A stretch of DNA of 64,000 nt. Source: the human T2T-CHM13v2.0 reference genome, Homo sapiens. The stretch lies in the NCBI RefSeq assembly GCF_009914755.1, contig NC_060943.1. One strand, written 5' to 3'. Below the pieces are notes generated by a model that saw nothing but the letters and a program-made list of their open reading frames with translations, did no database searches and had not been told where the DNA came from. The position numbers were made by a program, and so were the translations under genes. How positions within the stretch are numbered: position 1 is the stretch's first letter; each line of letters opens with the position of its first letter. Below, piece after piece: positions 1 through 19,362 of the stretch.

Positions 1-354
1 TACAGGCCTGGGCCACTGCGCTTGGCCCAGAATTAGAATTTAACCAGTAGTTTTTGTAGATGCTACACCCCGCGAGGAAGACACAAGTGCCCCCTGCTGG
101 CCAATCCTTTTAGTTTATCTTCTTGTATGTATCAGATTTAGTTATTATTTACGTAGCTAAAAGAATCTCGGGTCTATTTGGTTACTTTGGTTACCTAATA
201 CTTGACCTATTTGGAAATAGAAAAGGATGTTTCCTGTTTGTTTAGAGGCATTCCAAAGGTTCTACAGACAGTGATATTTCACTACCTAGTCATAGCCTTG
301 TCCATGTCAAGTAGTTCGGGTGCTTTCTTACCTTGGGTCCTCACACATTCTTAG

Positions 355-540
<186 letters not shown>

Positions 541-967
541 TAATTGTAGAGATGCAGTCTTGTCATGTTGCCTAAAGTGATCTCCAACTCCTGGGCTCAA
601 GCAATCCTCCCTCCTCAGCTTCCCAAAGTGTTGGGATTACGGGTGTCAGCCACCACGCCAGACCTCAGCTAAATCTTTTCTATCTTTGAAAATGCTACAG
701 TACCCGATGTTTCCTAGAATTTAGATGGCAAGCTGTGTCATAGGGACATCTCGTGCAGGAGGGGAAAAGGGTGAAGGCATGACGCATTGCTGAACAAGAC
801 TAGTAGTAATACTTAGTTGGCGGGGGGGGCGGGTCTTGAAATTTATGGCCGGGCGTGGTGGCCCACACCTGTAATCCCAGCACTTTGGGGGGCCGAGGTG
901 GGTGGATCACCTGAGGTCAGGAGTTCAAGACCAGCCTGACCAACATGGAGAAACCCCATCTCTACTA

Positions 968-1126
<159 letters not shown>

Positions 1127-1789
1127 TCAAAAAAATAAATAAATAAAAATTAAAAAATAAATTTGGAAAGCCATTCCCAAGGGCATGTAGCCCTAGATGA
1201 TTTTCCAGGGAGTCTGAAAAGCAATACTTACGAAGACAGTTAGTCAATTTGTAACCTTAGCATTGACTAGGAACAAGTAGAGCTTGAAAGGGCAGCTGAG
1301 GCTGGGCGCGGTGGCTCAAGCCTATAATCCCAGCACTTTGGGAGGCCGAGGCGGGCGGATCACGAGGTCAGGAGATCGAGACCACGGTGAAACCCCGTCT
1401 TCACTACAAATACAAAAAATTAGCTGGGCGCGGTGGCGGGCGCCTGTAGTCCCAGCTGCTCAGGAGGCTGAGGCAGGAGAATGGCGTGAACTCTGGAGGC
1501 AGAGCTTGCAGTGAGCCAAGACTGCGCCACTGCACTCCAGCCTGGGCGACAGAGCGAGACTCAGTCAGTCTCCAAAAAAAAAAAAGAAAAGAAAAGAAAC
1601 GAAAAGAAAAGAAAAGGGCAGCTGAACCCCTGGAGAGGCAGAGAATGGGGCACTTCTGTCAATCAGCACCACAGTGGTAGATGTCTCTGCCCCAGTTCCT
1701 GTGGGTAGGTGGGCTGTGTGTGTATGGAGTCAGGATTGTTGTTCTCTAGTTCGAGGAACTGAATGGGAGATAGGAAGGACTATGCTCCC

Positions 1790-3010
<1,221 letters not shown>

Positions 3011-4300
3011 CTAAACGGATGTGAAGCTTACAGTGCTCACATGGTGAATAATCTCTCCCTCCTTCAGCAGTCACACTTAACTAATTAATGTAAGTTGCAT
3101 CCTCATAGGATGCACATTAAAACAATTCCAGCTTTCACCAGGGTTAGGAAGAGGGGCTTTGCTTTGTGTCACTGGCACCCACCCTCCTATTTCTGACAAC
3201 CAAAAATGTCTCCAGATATGACAAATGTCTCCTGGGAGACAAAAATCACATTCAGTTGATAACCACTGTTTGGAGGCAGCATGTAATTTAATTCAGATTT
3301 TACAGTTACTCGGTCACATAGGGCGTTTATTCCCAAGACACTGGAGGTTCAGAGAGGTTTCCTTATTTGTCCAGAAAGTAGCAGAGGTGGGATTTGAACC
3401 CAAGCTGTCCAATATCAGTGTCTCCTCTGTTAACTGCTCTGTTGTGCTGCTTATAAAGTCATCATCCCAATACAAGGTCGGGCGCAGCGGTTCACGCCTG
3501 TAATCCCAGCACTTTGGGAGGCCAAGGCAGGCAGAGTCAGAAGTTCAAGACCACCCTGGACAACATGGTGAAACCCTGTCGCTACTAAAAATACAAAAAT
3601 TAACCTAGTGCGGTAGTGCACGCCTGTAATCCCAGCTGCTCAAGAGGCTGAGGCAGGAGAATCGCTTGAGCCCGGGAGGCGGAAGTTGCAAGAGAGTCGA
3701 GATCGCACCACTGCACTGCAGCCTGGGCGACAGAGCAAGATTCTGTCTCAACAAATAAAGGGAACAGAACTAGACTCCTAGGAAAGGGAGGACCTGACAC
3801 CCAGAGGCAAGGAGCAGGAGGCAGCAGGAAGAACCTCAGCAGGGCTCCTGCCTTGAACCCCTTCTGCCTGCCTGGGCTGGTTCCCTCCAAGGAGACACCT
3901 GGGGAATCATCTCCCAGCAATGGGAAACCTGCCTGTTTATGTGACAGGGTTGGTGGCCACACTCACAGCAGCCCCATCAACGCCATCTGCCTCTAGGACA
4001 CTGTGGATATGGAGAGAGAAGGTGAGCGGGTAGATGAGAGGGTCAGGGGGAGGATGAGGACCGGGCTGTCTCTCCTGCCTGCTCCTGAGGAAGCCAGTGT
4101 TTGTTCATTTTTTTTTACCCCTCTTTTGAGACAGTTTTGCTCTGCTGCCCAGGCTGCAGTGCAGTGGTTCAATCATGGCTCACTACAGCCTCCAACTTCT
4201 AGGCTCAAGCAATCTGTCCGCCTCAGCCTCCCTAGTAGCTGGAAGTATAGGTGCATGCCACCACACCCACCTAATATATATATATATATGTGTGTGTGTG

Positions 4301-4343
<43 letters not shown>

Positions 4344-5249
4344 TTTTTTATGGAGATGGGATTTCACCATGGTACCCAGACTAATTTCAAATTCCTGGGA
4401 TCAAGTGATCCTCATCCCTCAGCTTCCCAAAGTGCTGGGATTACAGGTGTGAGCCACTGTGCTTGGCCTGTTTTTTGTTTTTTGTTTTTGAGACAGGGTC
4501 TTTCTCTGTCAACCAGGCTGTAATGCAATGGTGCAATCATAGTTCACTGCACTCTCCAACTTCTGGGCTCAACCAATCCTCCTGACTCAGCCTCCTGAGT
4601 AGCTGGGACTACAGGCACTCACCGCCATGCCAGCCTGCCAATATTTGTGAGTAAGGCAGAAGACACAGAGTTTACTTACACAGTCCTCAGATTCAAATCA
4701 CCTTTCTCTTTTTTTGGGGTGGTGGGGAGACGGAGTCTCACTCTGTCACCCAAGCTGGAGTGCAGTGATGCGATCTTGGCTCACTGCAACCTCCACCTCC
4801 TGGGTTCAAACGATTCTCCTGCCTCAGCCTCCTGAGTAGCTGGGATTACAGGCTGGCACCACTACATCTGGCTAGTTTTTGTATTTTTAGTAGAGAACAT
4901 GGGGTTTCACCATGTTGGCCAGGCTGTTCTTGAACTCCTGACCTCAAGTGATCCACCCGCCTTGGCCTACCAAAGTGCTGGGATTACAAGGTGTGAGCCA
5001 CTGTGCCCAGCCCAAATCATCTCTTGAAGACTCATTTTCTTTCCTTCCTAAAATCAAGCCAATTGCAATCTTCCCAGAGCAGGAAACAAAATGCACAGTG
5101 GGAGGAAAATGAAAGAAGTGGACTCAGTGGGACTCAAGTCCCAATTACTCACTGTGTGATCTGGGGCAAGTCACTTAACCTCTCTGAGCCTTGTCTCCTC
5201 ATATGCCCAACGGGGATAACAGCAGAGGGCTGTTGAGATGATGCAGTGA

Positions 5250-5563
<314 letters not shown>

Positions 5564-5726
5564 TAGCCAGAATGGTCTTGATCTCTTGACCTCGTGATCC
5601 GCCTGCCTCAGCCTCCCAAAGTGCTGGGATTACAGGCGTGAGCCACCGCCCAGCCTGTTACTGGTTTTTATTATTTATTATTATTTAATTATTATTATTA
5701 TTATTATTTATTTTATTATTACCTAC

Positions 5727-5840
5727 CCACGGAGCTGATGAGTGACGCCGGGGAGGAAGGGTCGTGGGTCAACTGCCTGGTGGCTCCAAGTGTTCCTTGG
5801 TCTGTGGTTTGGGCAAAGACCACTGCGTCGAAAGGCAGCC
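5727..5840 (-). CDS. MUC16: Internal 114-nt symmetric phase-1 coding exon (G)LPFDAVVFAQTTDQGTLGATRQLTHDPSSPASLISSV(G); candidate second coding exon of MUC16
   Basis: Acceptor ttggttcttcctccacAG|GG (plus ct, 5841-5842) and donor TGG|GTAGGT (plus acctac, 5721-5726). Length 114 = 38 codons, open, in frame with the 21997-22084 exon. CpG-retaining unique island in repeat-rich surroundings; S/T/P-rich. Confidence 0.75.
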
Positions 5841-6059
5841 CTGTGGAGGAAGAACCAAGTTGGTTATCCCAGCAGGAAGTAGAACGAAAAACATAAAAAA
5901 AAAATTTCTTCTGGACTTGCTCTTCTTTCCATAGGAATCTCTGCATAGTGACTCGTTCATTTACCATTTCATTTATTTAATATTTATTCCAGACCCTCAG
6001 TCACTCATTCATCCAACCAGCAAATATGTCTTGAGCACCTTTTATACGACAGCTGATTC

Positions 6060-7751
6060 TGAAACCAACCCGATAGTCTCATAGACAGTATTTATATACC
6101 TATTTAAATACTTGAAACTGACATTTGTTATTGTTTAACTATTTTAGGTTTGGGGCTACGTGTGAAGGTTTGTTATATAGGTAATCTCATGTCACGGGGT
6201 TTGTTGTACAAATGATTTTATCACCCAGGTATGAAGCCTAGTACCCAATAGTTATTTTTTCTGCTCCTCTCTCTCCTCCTAACGCTTACCATGAAGTAGA
6301 CCCCAGTGTTTTTTATTCCCTTCTTTGTGTTCATGAGTTATCATCATTTAGCTCCCACTTCTAAGTGAGAACATGCAATATTTGGTTTTCTGTTCCTGGG
6401 TTAGTTTGCTAAGGATAATGGCCTCCAGCCCCATCCATGTTCCCGCAAAAGCAATGATCTTGTTCTTTTTTATGGCTGCATAGTATTCCATGGTGTATAT
6501 GTATCACATTTGCTTTATCCAATCTGTCATTGATGGGCGTTTAGGTTGATTCCATTGTCTTTGCTATTGGGAATAGTGCTGCAATGAACATTCACGTGTA
6601 TATGTCTTTATGGTAGAATGATTTATATTTCTCTGGGTATATACCCAATAATGAGATTGCTGGGTCAAATGGTAGTTCTACTTTTAGCTCTTTGAGGAAT
6701 TGCCACACTGCTTTCCACAATAGTTGAACTAATTTACACTCCCACCAACAGTGTATAAATGTTCAATTTTCTCCACAACCTTGCCAGCATCTGTTATTTT
6801 TTGACTTTTTAATAATAGCCATTCTGACTATGGTGAGATGCTATCTCATTGTGGTTTTGATTTGCATTTCTTTAATGATCAGTGATAGTGAGCATTTTTT
6901 TCATATGCTTCTTGGCTACATGTATCTCTTCTTTCAAAAAGTGTCTGTTTTTTTTGTTTTTTGGTTTTTTTTTTTTGATACAGTGTCTCACTCTGTCGAC
7001 CAGGCTGGAGTGCAGTAGTGATCGCGCCTCACAGCAACCTCCGCCTCCCAGGTTCAAGTGATTCTCCTGCCTCAGCCTCCTGAGTAGCTGGGATTACAGG
7101 CGTGCACCACCGTGCCCGGCTAATTTTTGTATTTTTAGTAGAGACAGGGTTTCACCATGTTGGTCAGGCTGGTCTCGAACTCCTGACATAGTGATCTGCC
7201 CGCCTTGGCCTCCCAAAGTGCTGGGATTGCAGTTGTGAGCCACCGTGCCCGGCCTTTGCCCACTTTTTAATGGTGTTGTTTGTTTTTCTCTTGTAAATTT
7301 ACTTAAGTTCTCTATAGATGCTGGATATTAGACTTTTGTCAGGTGCATAGTTTACAAATATTTTCTCCCATTCTGTGGGAAACTTACATTTGTTTTATCT
7401 GAGTTCCTTCCTCATTAAAGGACCCCCAGTCCTCTCAAAAAGTATCAAAGAAAAGAAACTCAGCAGATCATCATATCCAGACAATGAGATGTCAGACCCC
7501 TCATTCCTCATGATTGCTTCCTGACCCCTCTTGATTTCCTGTTTTACTACACGTAGTCACATTTCTTCCCTGCTATATAAACCTGTAATTTTAGTTGGTC
7601 AGGGAGATGGATTTAAGACTGAGCTCCCATTTTCTCACTGCAGCCAAGGAGATTAAAGTCTTCTTCCTTGGTAATAATCGTTGTCTCAGTGATTGACTTT
7701 CTGTGTGGTGAGCAGCAGGACCTAGCCTGGACCCCTGGTGTTTTGGCAACA
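6060..7751 (+). mobile_element. ERV1 (MER4-group) solo LTR split by an L1P insertion
   Basis: TG...CA termini (TGAAACCAACCC...GGCAACA) with 4-bp TSD ATTC (6056-6059 and 7752-7755). TATAAA-like and ATTAAA signals at ~7576-7657. Exact family uncertain. Confidence 0.75.
6130..7378 (-). mobile_element. L1PA/PB 3' fragment (antisense), itself containing an Alu at ~6950-7255
   Basis: Typical antisense L1 3' end; TSD GAAACT(G/T)ACATTTGTT at ~6114-6129 and ~7379-7394. Confidence 0.88.
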
Positions 7752-7817
7752 ATTCCAAGTTTGGGGCACAGAGTGAGGAACAAGACAAGTCTTTACTCCC
7801 TCAAAAAGTTTATGTCC

Positions 7818-8080
7818 AGAACAGAAAACCAAATACTGCATGTTCTCACTCATAAGTGGGAGTTGAACAATGAGAACACATGGACACAGGTAGGGGAACA
7901 TCACACACTGGGGCCTGTTGGGGGTTGGGGGGCTATAGGGGAGGTATAACATTAGGAGAAATACCTAATGTAGATGATGGGTTGATGGGTGCAGCAAACC
8001 ACCATGGCACATGTATACGTATGTTTGTTAACCTGCACGTTCTGCACATGTACCCCAGAACTTAAAGTATAAAAAAAAAA
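7818..8080 (+). mobile_element. 5'-truncated L1PA 3' end inserted in an L2
   Basis: catgttctcactcataagtgggagttgaacaatgagaacacatggacacagg...cttaaagtat followed by an A-tail; TSD AAAAAGTTTA(TG/CA)TCC at 7803-7817 and 8076-8090. Confidence 0.9.
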
Positions 8081-8666
8081 GTTTACATCCTAGTGGAGAA
8101 AGCAGACAACGATTCATCCAACAGATAAATAATTAATGTCCTTGCAGAGAGTGAAGGGAATTTTGAAGTCACTCTACCAATGGGAGAGAAGCATAATTTT
8201 CCATAGAGTCATCAGGGAAGACTTCTCATAGGAGGTAATATTTAAGGAGGGCCCTGAGAGATGAGAAGGTACTTATCACAGGGGAAATGTGCTTGTGATG
8301 GAGGGAACTATATATGCAAAAGCCCAGAGGCTGGAATAAACCTGACCCACTCGAGAAATTTCAAGAAGGCCAGGGTGGCCAGAGTGCATTGAGAAAGCAC
8401 TGGAGTGCTTTCTGGCTGGAGTGTAAGGCGAAACCAGCTGGGTAAGCAGAGGTCAGATCTAATGAGGAGAAAGAGGAGGAAGGGTTGTAAACCAGTGATG
8501 TATGAAGTTTAGATTTTCTTGGAAGTGCAATGGAAAGTCACGGAGGATTTGAAGCAACGGGTGAGGGTTGTGACCAGGTTAGCATTATTAAGAGATAATT
8601 CTGCCAGAAAGCAAGGAAGTGCTCAAAGACTAAGGAGATGATGTTACAAGGACAAAGAAGAGGCTA

Positions 8667-9240
<574 letters not shown>

Positions 9241-9927
9241 GACCATGGGATGTAAAAATGTGAATGACTGAAATTTTGGGGAAACTTTTATTGGATGTGT
9301 ATTTTCATACCTACAGCCCTCACCAAGAAAATACACACAAACACACACACACACGGTCCTACTGAATGGCACTAAATTATCCACATACTCCTGATAGATT
9401 ATTTCACTCCCTACAAACTTCTGAGATGGAAGAAGCCAGCTTCCTAGGGCTCCAGGGAGGAGAGGAATTTATGATAAGATAGAGCAATCCCAGTTTCTTA
9501 GACTAACTAGCCAAACCCCTGTCAACCTAAATAGCAAACAGAGACAGACTCTCTAAAGGAAAATATGTTCATTTGGGAATAGAACATTGCAGTGGGAATA
9601 TGCATGCCACTGTAATATACGTGCCTATTCAGGAAGACAAAGCTTTTTAGAGGAAAAATTGAGGAGAATTGCATAATAGTTTTGAAATATTTGTCCTTGG
9701 CTACAAAGATCGATAACAAGGATAACACCTTTTCTGTAGAGACAGCGTCTTGGAAGGCTGGGCACGGTGGCTCATGCCTTAATCCCAGCACTTTGGGAGG
9801 CTGAGGCGGGCAGATCACAAGGTCAGAGTTTGAGACCAGCCTGGCCAATATGGTGAAACACTGTCTCTACTGAAAACACAAAAATTAGCCAGGCATGGTG
9901 GCGGGAGCCTGTAGTCCCAGCTATTCA

Positions 9928-10128
<201 letters not shown>

Positions 10129-10644
10129 TCAGGAGTTCAAGACCAGCCTGGCCAACATGGGGAAACCCCATCTCTACTAAAAATACAAAAAATTAGCCGG
10201 GTGTGGTGGTGCGTGTCTGTAATCCCAGCTACTCGGGAGGCTGAGGCAGGAGAATGGCGGTGAACCCAGGAGGCGGAGGTTGCTGTGAGCGGAGATCACG
10301 CCATTGCACTCCAGTTCCAGACTGGGCAACAGAGCAAGACTCCATCTCAAGGAAAAAAAAAAAGACAGACAGCGTCTTGGGTTCAAGGGATCCTCCTGCC
10401 TCAGCCTCCCACACTGCTGGGATTACAGGTGTGAGCCACCGTGCCCGGCCTGCAGGAGTATTTTTTGCGTAAGGTTGAGGTGGCCTTTGTGCAAGGTTGT
10501 GGCTTTTGGAATCTTTTGTGATAGTTGTTATCAGGCATACCAGCATGAGAACCCTCCTTTCATGGCCCTCCGTGACTCTATTTGCCCCCTTCATTCATGC
10601 AACACATATTTATTGCACAACTACTATGTGCCAGGTACTGCAAC

Positions 10645-10826
10645 AGGCTGCATTTGGCAATGTCTGAAGACATTTTTGGTTGGTGGGAGTGCTGCTGCCA
10701 TCCCGTTGTAGGGAACCTGGGATACTGTTTAGCACTTGACCAATATATGGGACAGCCCACCCTACCTCCCCAAAGGATTATGAGACCCAAATCCATTGAC
10801 ATTTGTGCTGGGATTGAGAAACCTCG
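10645..10826 (+). mobile_element. MER20 fragment
   Basis: catttggcaatgtctgaagacatttttggttg...ggacagccc...attgagaaacc. Shorter antisense MER20 pieces also at ~3185-3268 and ~32657-32748. Confidence 0.75.
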
Positions 10827-11146
10827 CTTCAGTGGGATTGGTCCAGGTTGTAGCATACAGGGTTGTTGCCATGGAGACAGGCAGATAACGAACCTGTTCA
10901 GTGGGTTGAGAGCAGCATCCAAAATAAATAAATAAATAAGAGAATATAATAGAATTAAAAGGCATCAGGGGCTGGGCACGGTGGCTCACGCCTGTAATCC
11001 CAACAGTTTGGGACGCTGAGGTGGGTGGATTACCTGAGGTCAGGAGTTTAAGACCAGCCTGGCCAACATGGTGAAACCCCATTTCTACTAAAAATACAAA
11101 AAATTAGCCAGGCATGGTGGTGGGCACCGGTAATCCCAGCTACTCA

Positions 11147-11251
<105 letters not shown>

Positions 11252-12564
11252 TCAAAAAAAAAAAAAGAAAAGAAAAAAGAAAAAAGTATTTTCATCATGC
11301 ATCTATAAGCAAAACTGGTCACAATGGTAGGATGGTACTGGTACACTGGTACACAATACATTGCACACTGGTACACAATGTGCAATGTATTTCTTACCAT
11401 GGATCCCAGTCTAAAAAGACTATTAGACTTTTTAGCTAATAGCTAATAATTAATGTTAGCTCCTGCATCAGCTCATCGTCTGATAGGCAGCACCTGCCTT
11501 CCTCCCTACCTCATCTCTTTGCCTCGTTCTCTCAATACTGGGAGTCACTGAGAAAGAGGATGTCTCAGATCACAGGGGAGCTGGGTCAGAATCACTAGGG
11601 TCTTACAGACCCAGTCTGCCCAGGGTCAAAGCCCAGCCCTACCACATAGCAGCTATGTGCCCTTGGACAGGTTGCATAACTAACTGCGCCTTGGTTTCCT
11701 TTTCTGCAAAATGGAAATGATAATAGGACGTACCTCCTATTGTCCTCCAAGTTGTTATGAGGATTTAATGAATTCATATCTGTAAAGAGCTTAAAAGAGT
11801 GCCTGGTACATGTTAGTGTTCCCTGTTAGCTATTATCATTATCATGACTTGCTCTAGAATAGCACTTACCCCAGAGTGTAATTCTTTTTATTATTAGGGG
11901 AAGGGGGCAATGTGGGTTCAGAGTCACTGAGAGGGGGTGGATCAGAGCCAGGATAAGGATGAGAAGCCCGGCTCAGATTCACTGTGTGTTGGGGACAGGG
12001 TTGGCAGAGCTGCAAGTGCTAGGACAAGTGCACCAAAACAGGTCTGACAAAGGGTTAAATGAAGCAGATGGGATTGTTCAGGGTGGGATGAAAGGTCCAG
12101 GGAGGGTGGGGACAATCAGGCAGGCTGCCTCCCTGCACCGCAGTGTTTGTTTCCTTGACAGGTGGGAGGCCCAGCTCCACTCAGGTATGTGGCCAGACCA
12201 GCCAGGGCAGCCCCCTGGACCTCTCATCCCAGGCAGAGATGAGGAGAGGGACAGGGTGGGGCCCTCCAGCCCAGGATGGCCCCGGCCCACCTCCTCTCTC
12301 CCACCCAGGAAGGGCTGAGCCACTTTGGACAATGGGCTGAGTCCCCTGGCCCCATTCAGCCCCACTGGCCTGGCCTGTCCCCACAGGGACTGCTGGAGGT
12401 CCTTGGGGGGATGTTGGCACCAACTGCTCCTTTGTCTTGCTACTTACCCTAGAAAGAACAAGCTAAGGGCTCTCCTCCCCAACTGAGGAAAGCAGGATAT
12501 TTTGCCACGAGCGGCAAAGGAGGACCCCTGCTGCCCCAGAGGAAGAGGAGGGAAAACATATTTA

Positions 12565-13210
12565 CCCACACATGCACACACACAAACACTCATGCACACT
12601 CTCTCACACTTATGCACACACAAAAACTCATTTGCATGCATGCACACACACTCTTACACACGGACACACATGCACGAATACAAACACTCATGCACACACT
12701 TAAACTTATGTACATACTCACACAGTCTCACACATGTGCAGACTCAGTCACTCATGCACACGCTAATACACACACAAATGCACATACATATGTATGCAAA
12801 ATACATATGCACACACACACAGCTACACACTCACATGTAAGCATTCAAACACACCCACACATGGACACACATGCTGAAAAACAAGCACACCCTCATTCAT
12901 GCACACCCACACACCTATGCACACATGCATACACACATGCACACACATATTCACACTCGCACACATATTCACACATGCTTATGCACACACGCTCAGTCAC
13001 ACCTGTGCACACTCAGACACTCATCGCACACACTTGTAGACACATAGGTGGATGCACACACAAGTATGCACGCAAGCACTAAGTTGCACACTCACACATG
13101 GACACGTGCACACACTTATGCACATTCACTCTAACACACACATGCTCATGCAGACACACACAAGGCACACACAGACACATAATCACACACTTATCCACAC
13201 GCATACTCAC
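12565..13210. repeat. Degenerate (CA)-rich low-complexity tract
   Basis: About 650 bp of cacacatgcacacac-type units; source of the His/Thr-rich spurious ORFs. Confidence 0.92.
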
Positions 13211-13411
13211 TGGGCAGGAACTCAAGTCCTAGAGTTCTGGGTTTCATCCTGGTTCTGCCCCAACTCGCTTCACTGAGCCCCAGTTTCCCTACAGTTAAAG
13301 CAGAAATAGCAGCATACACCTCCCCAGGCATTGCAACAAGGTCAACCTGAGATGAGCTAGTCGTGAATCTGTAACAAGAACCCCACCCCTCAAGTCTTAG
13401 CTTCTCAGTGA

Positions 13412-13651
<240 letters not shown>

Positions 13652-14452
13652 TAGTAGAGATGGGGTTTCTCCATGTTGGTCAGGCTGGTCTCAAACTCCC
13701 AACCTCAGGGGATTCACCCGCCTCAGCCTCCCAAAGTGCTGGGATTACAGGTGTGAGCCACTGCACCCGGCCCCCTTATTCCCTTCTTAACAATGCATCA
13801 CGTACTTACTCTGGTTTTGGTTTAAGGTCATCCCCCTTTGCTGAAAGTGTCAGCTCAGCAGGGATCTTTTGATTTGCTCACAGCCATCCCCTCATTGCCT
13901 AGAACAGTGCCTGCACACAGTAGGTGCTCAATAAATACTCATTGAACAAATTGAATGAATGAATCTCTTCAAAAGTATTGACTAAAGAGGTAAAGGGCCC
14001 TTCTTGATAGAGTAAAACTGCAAAGAGGACCCTTCCTTGATATCAGTGTGCAAAATCTCACATCAAGGGACCTCCCCTCCACAAAAAAAGAATAATAAAG
14101 AGTCCTTCTTTTCCAGGTTGAGAAAGGAGGGGATGTCTCCTCTCCTGGGAAGAGTGACGACATCTCTAGAAGCCAGGCATGAAAGAAGAGAATGAAAACT
14201 CCATCCGGTGTGGATTGAGGCAGAGACCCTACTCACTTCCTGTGGTTCCTCAAAAAATTAAAAATAGAACTATGAGCCGGGCACGGTGGCTTACACCTGT
14301 AATCCCAGCACTTTGGGAGGCCGAGGCGGGCGGATCACTTGAGGTCAGGAGATTGAGACCAGCCTGGCCAACATGGTGAAACTCCCCGTCTCTACTAAAA
14401 GTAGAAAAATTAGCCAGGCATGGTGGCAGGTGCCTGTAATCCCCGCTACTCA

Positions 14453-16194
<1,742 letters not shown>

Positions 16195-16618
16195 ATCCAA
16201 ACAAAATCAAATCAGTATCTCCAAGAGACATCTGCACCCCCCACATTCATTGTAGCATTATTCAGAGTAGCCAAGATATGGAAACAATTTAAGTGTCCAC
16301 CAATGGATGAACAGACAAAAAAATTGTGGTTTATCTACAGTGGAATATTATTCGGTCTTTAAAAAGAAAGACATTCTGCCATATATGACATCATGGATGA
16401 ATTGGAGGACATTATGCGAAGTGAAATAAGCCAGTCACAAAAAGACAATTACTGCATGATCTCACTCACGTGTGGAATCTAAAAAAGTCAACCTCGTGGA
16501 CAGGTGCGGTGCCTCATGCCTGTAATCCCAGCACTCTGGGAGGCCGAGGCAGGCAGATCACCTGAGGTCAGGAGTTCGAGACCAGCCTGACCAACACAGT
16601 GAAACCCTATCTCTACTA

Positions 16619-16777
<159 letters not shown>

Positions 16778-16849
16778 TCAAAAAAAAAAAAAAAAGGAAA
16801 GAAAGAAAAAATGCTAAAAGAGTTGATCTTAAATGTTCTCACAATCTCA

Positions 16850-16999
16850 CTATTGCCCCTGCGCCGGCACTAACTGAGACTCAAACTCCTCGTTGTCGTA
16901 TTTGTCGGAATAGTAAATTTGTTTGTGGGACATGACCGCTCCATCTGCGAGCCTTCAGCCCCAAGCTGCCAACCTCCAAGCAACTCCCAGCAGCAGGCA
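16850..16999 (-). pseudogene. CKS1B-derived fragment: 5'UTR, coding exon 1 and apparent start of intron 1
   Basis: Minus strand reads ...GGAGTTGCTTGGAGGTTGGCAGCTTGGGGCTGAAGGCT...GGTC ATG TCC CAC AAA CAA ATT TAC TAT TCC GAC AAA TAC GAC AAC GAG GAG TTT GAG = [18 protein letters not shown] (CKS1B: [20 protein letters not shown]). After 59 coding nt (16933-16875) it continues GTTAGTGCCGGCGC rather than the HVMLPK-coding sequence. Confidence 0.85.
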
Positions 17000-17229
17000 G
17001 GTATAAAGTTTTAGTTATGCAGGATGAACAAGTTCTGGAGACCTAATGTACAGCATGGTGACTATAGGTAGTAACACTGTATTATATACTTGAAATATGG
17101 TAAAAGAAGGCTGGGAGCAGTGGCTCACGACTGTAATCCCAGTACTTTGGGAGGCCAAGGCAAGCAGATCACCTGAAGTCAGGAGTTCAAGACCAGCCTG
17201 ACCAACATGGGGAAACCCCGTCTCTACTA

Positions 17230-17399
<170 letters not shown>

Positions 17400-17988
17400 C
17401 TAAAAAGAGTTTATCTTAAATGTTCTCACAACATAAAAAAAGGTAATCATGTGAGGTGATGATGGGTATGTTAATTAGCTTGATTGTGGTAATCATTTCA
17501 CAAGATGTACATATATCAAAGCAGTGTATTGTACATGTTGTATATGTATATGGTGGGATTGCTGGATCATATGGTAGTTCTACTTTTATATAAATACATG
17601 CAATATTTATTTTTCGAGTATAACTCAATACAGTGGGGGGTGGGGGGGAAGTAGTCTATTACCTTGTTAATTCATTCATTCATTCATGTAACAAATATGT
17701 CTTGTACACTTACTATGTGCCAGGTACTGGAACAGGCTGAAGAGAGGAAGTGTCAGGAAGGAAATCCGTATAGGAGAGCATCTGGGATGGAAGAGTGACC
17801 CTCATGTCCTGGTCTACCCAGGGCTTTCTTAGTTTTACTAAAGTCCCTCATCGAAGGAACTGCCTCAGGCTCAAGCAAACTGGGATATCCTACTGGTCAT
17901 CCTACTGCGATCTGTGTCCTCCTGACCTGGCATTTGTCCCTGCGGCTCTGGGACTGTGATCAGTTTAGGTCCCTGGGCACAGCTCTGA

Positions 17989-18303
<315 letters not shown>

Positions 18304-18310
18304 TGACTAA

Positions 18311-18475
<165 letters not shown>

Positions 18476-18606
18476 TAAAACGGGGATGGTCATCTGGACC
18501 ACTGAATCTACAATCAGCATGAGTGCATGCTTGGATAATCTGCTATGTCTGGCCTTCTGGCCCTTGAGGCTCCAGAGAGGTAGGAAGAGTCTCCTTCACT
18601 TGCTCA

Positions 18607-19362
<756 letters not shown>

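Noticed and set aside
12448-12482. 35-nt minus-strand microexon candidate (donor AGG|GTAAGT)
   Set aside because: Frameshifting length, moderate acceptor and no other support.
12502-13276. His/Thr-rich ORFs
   Set aside because: By-products of the degenerate CA repeat.
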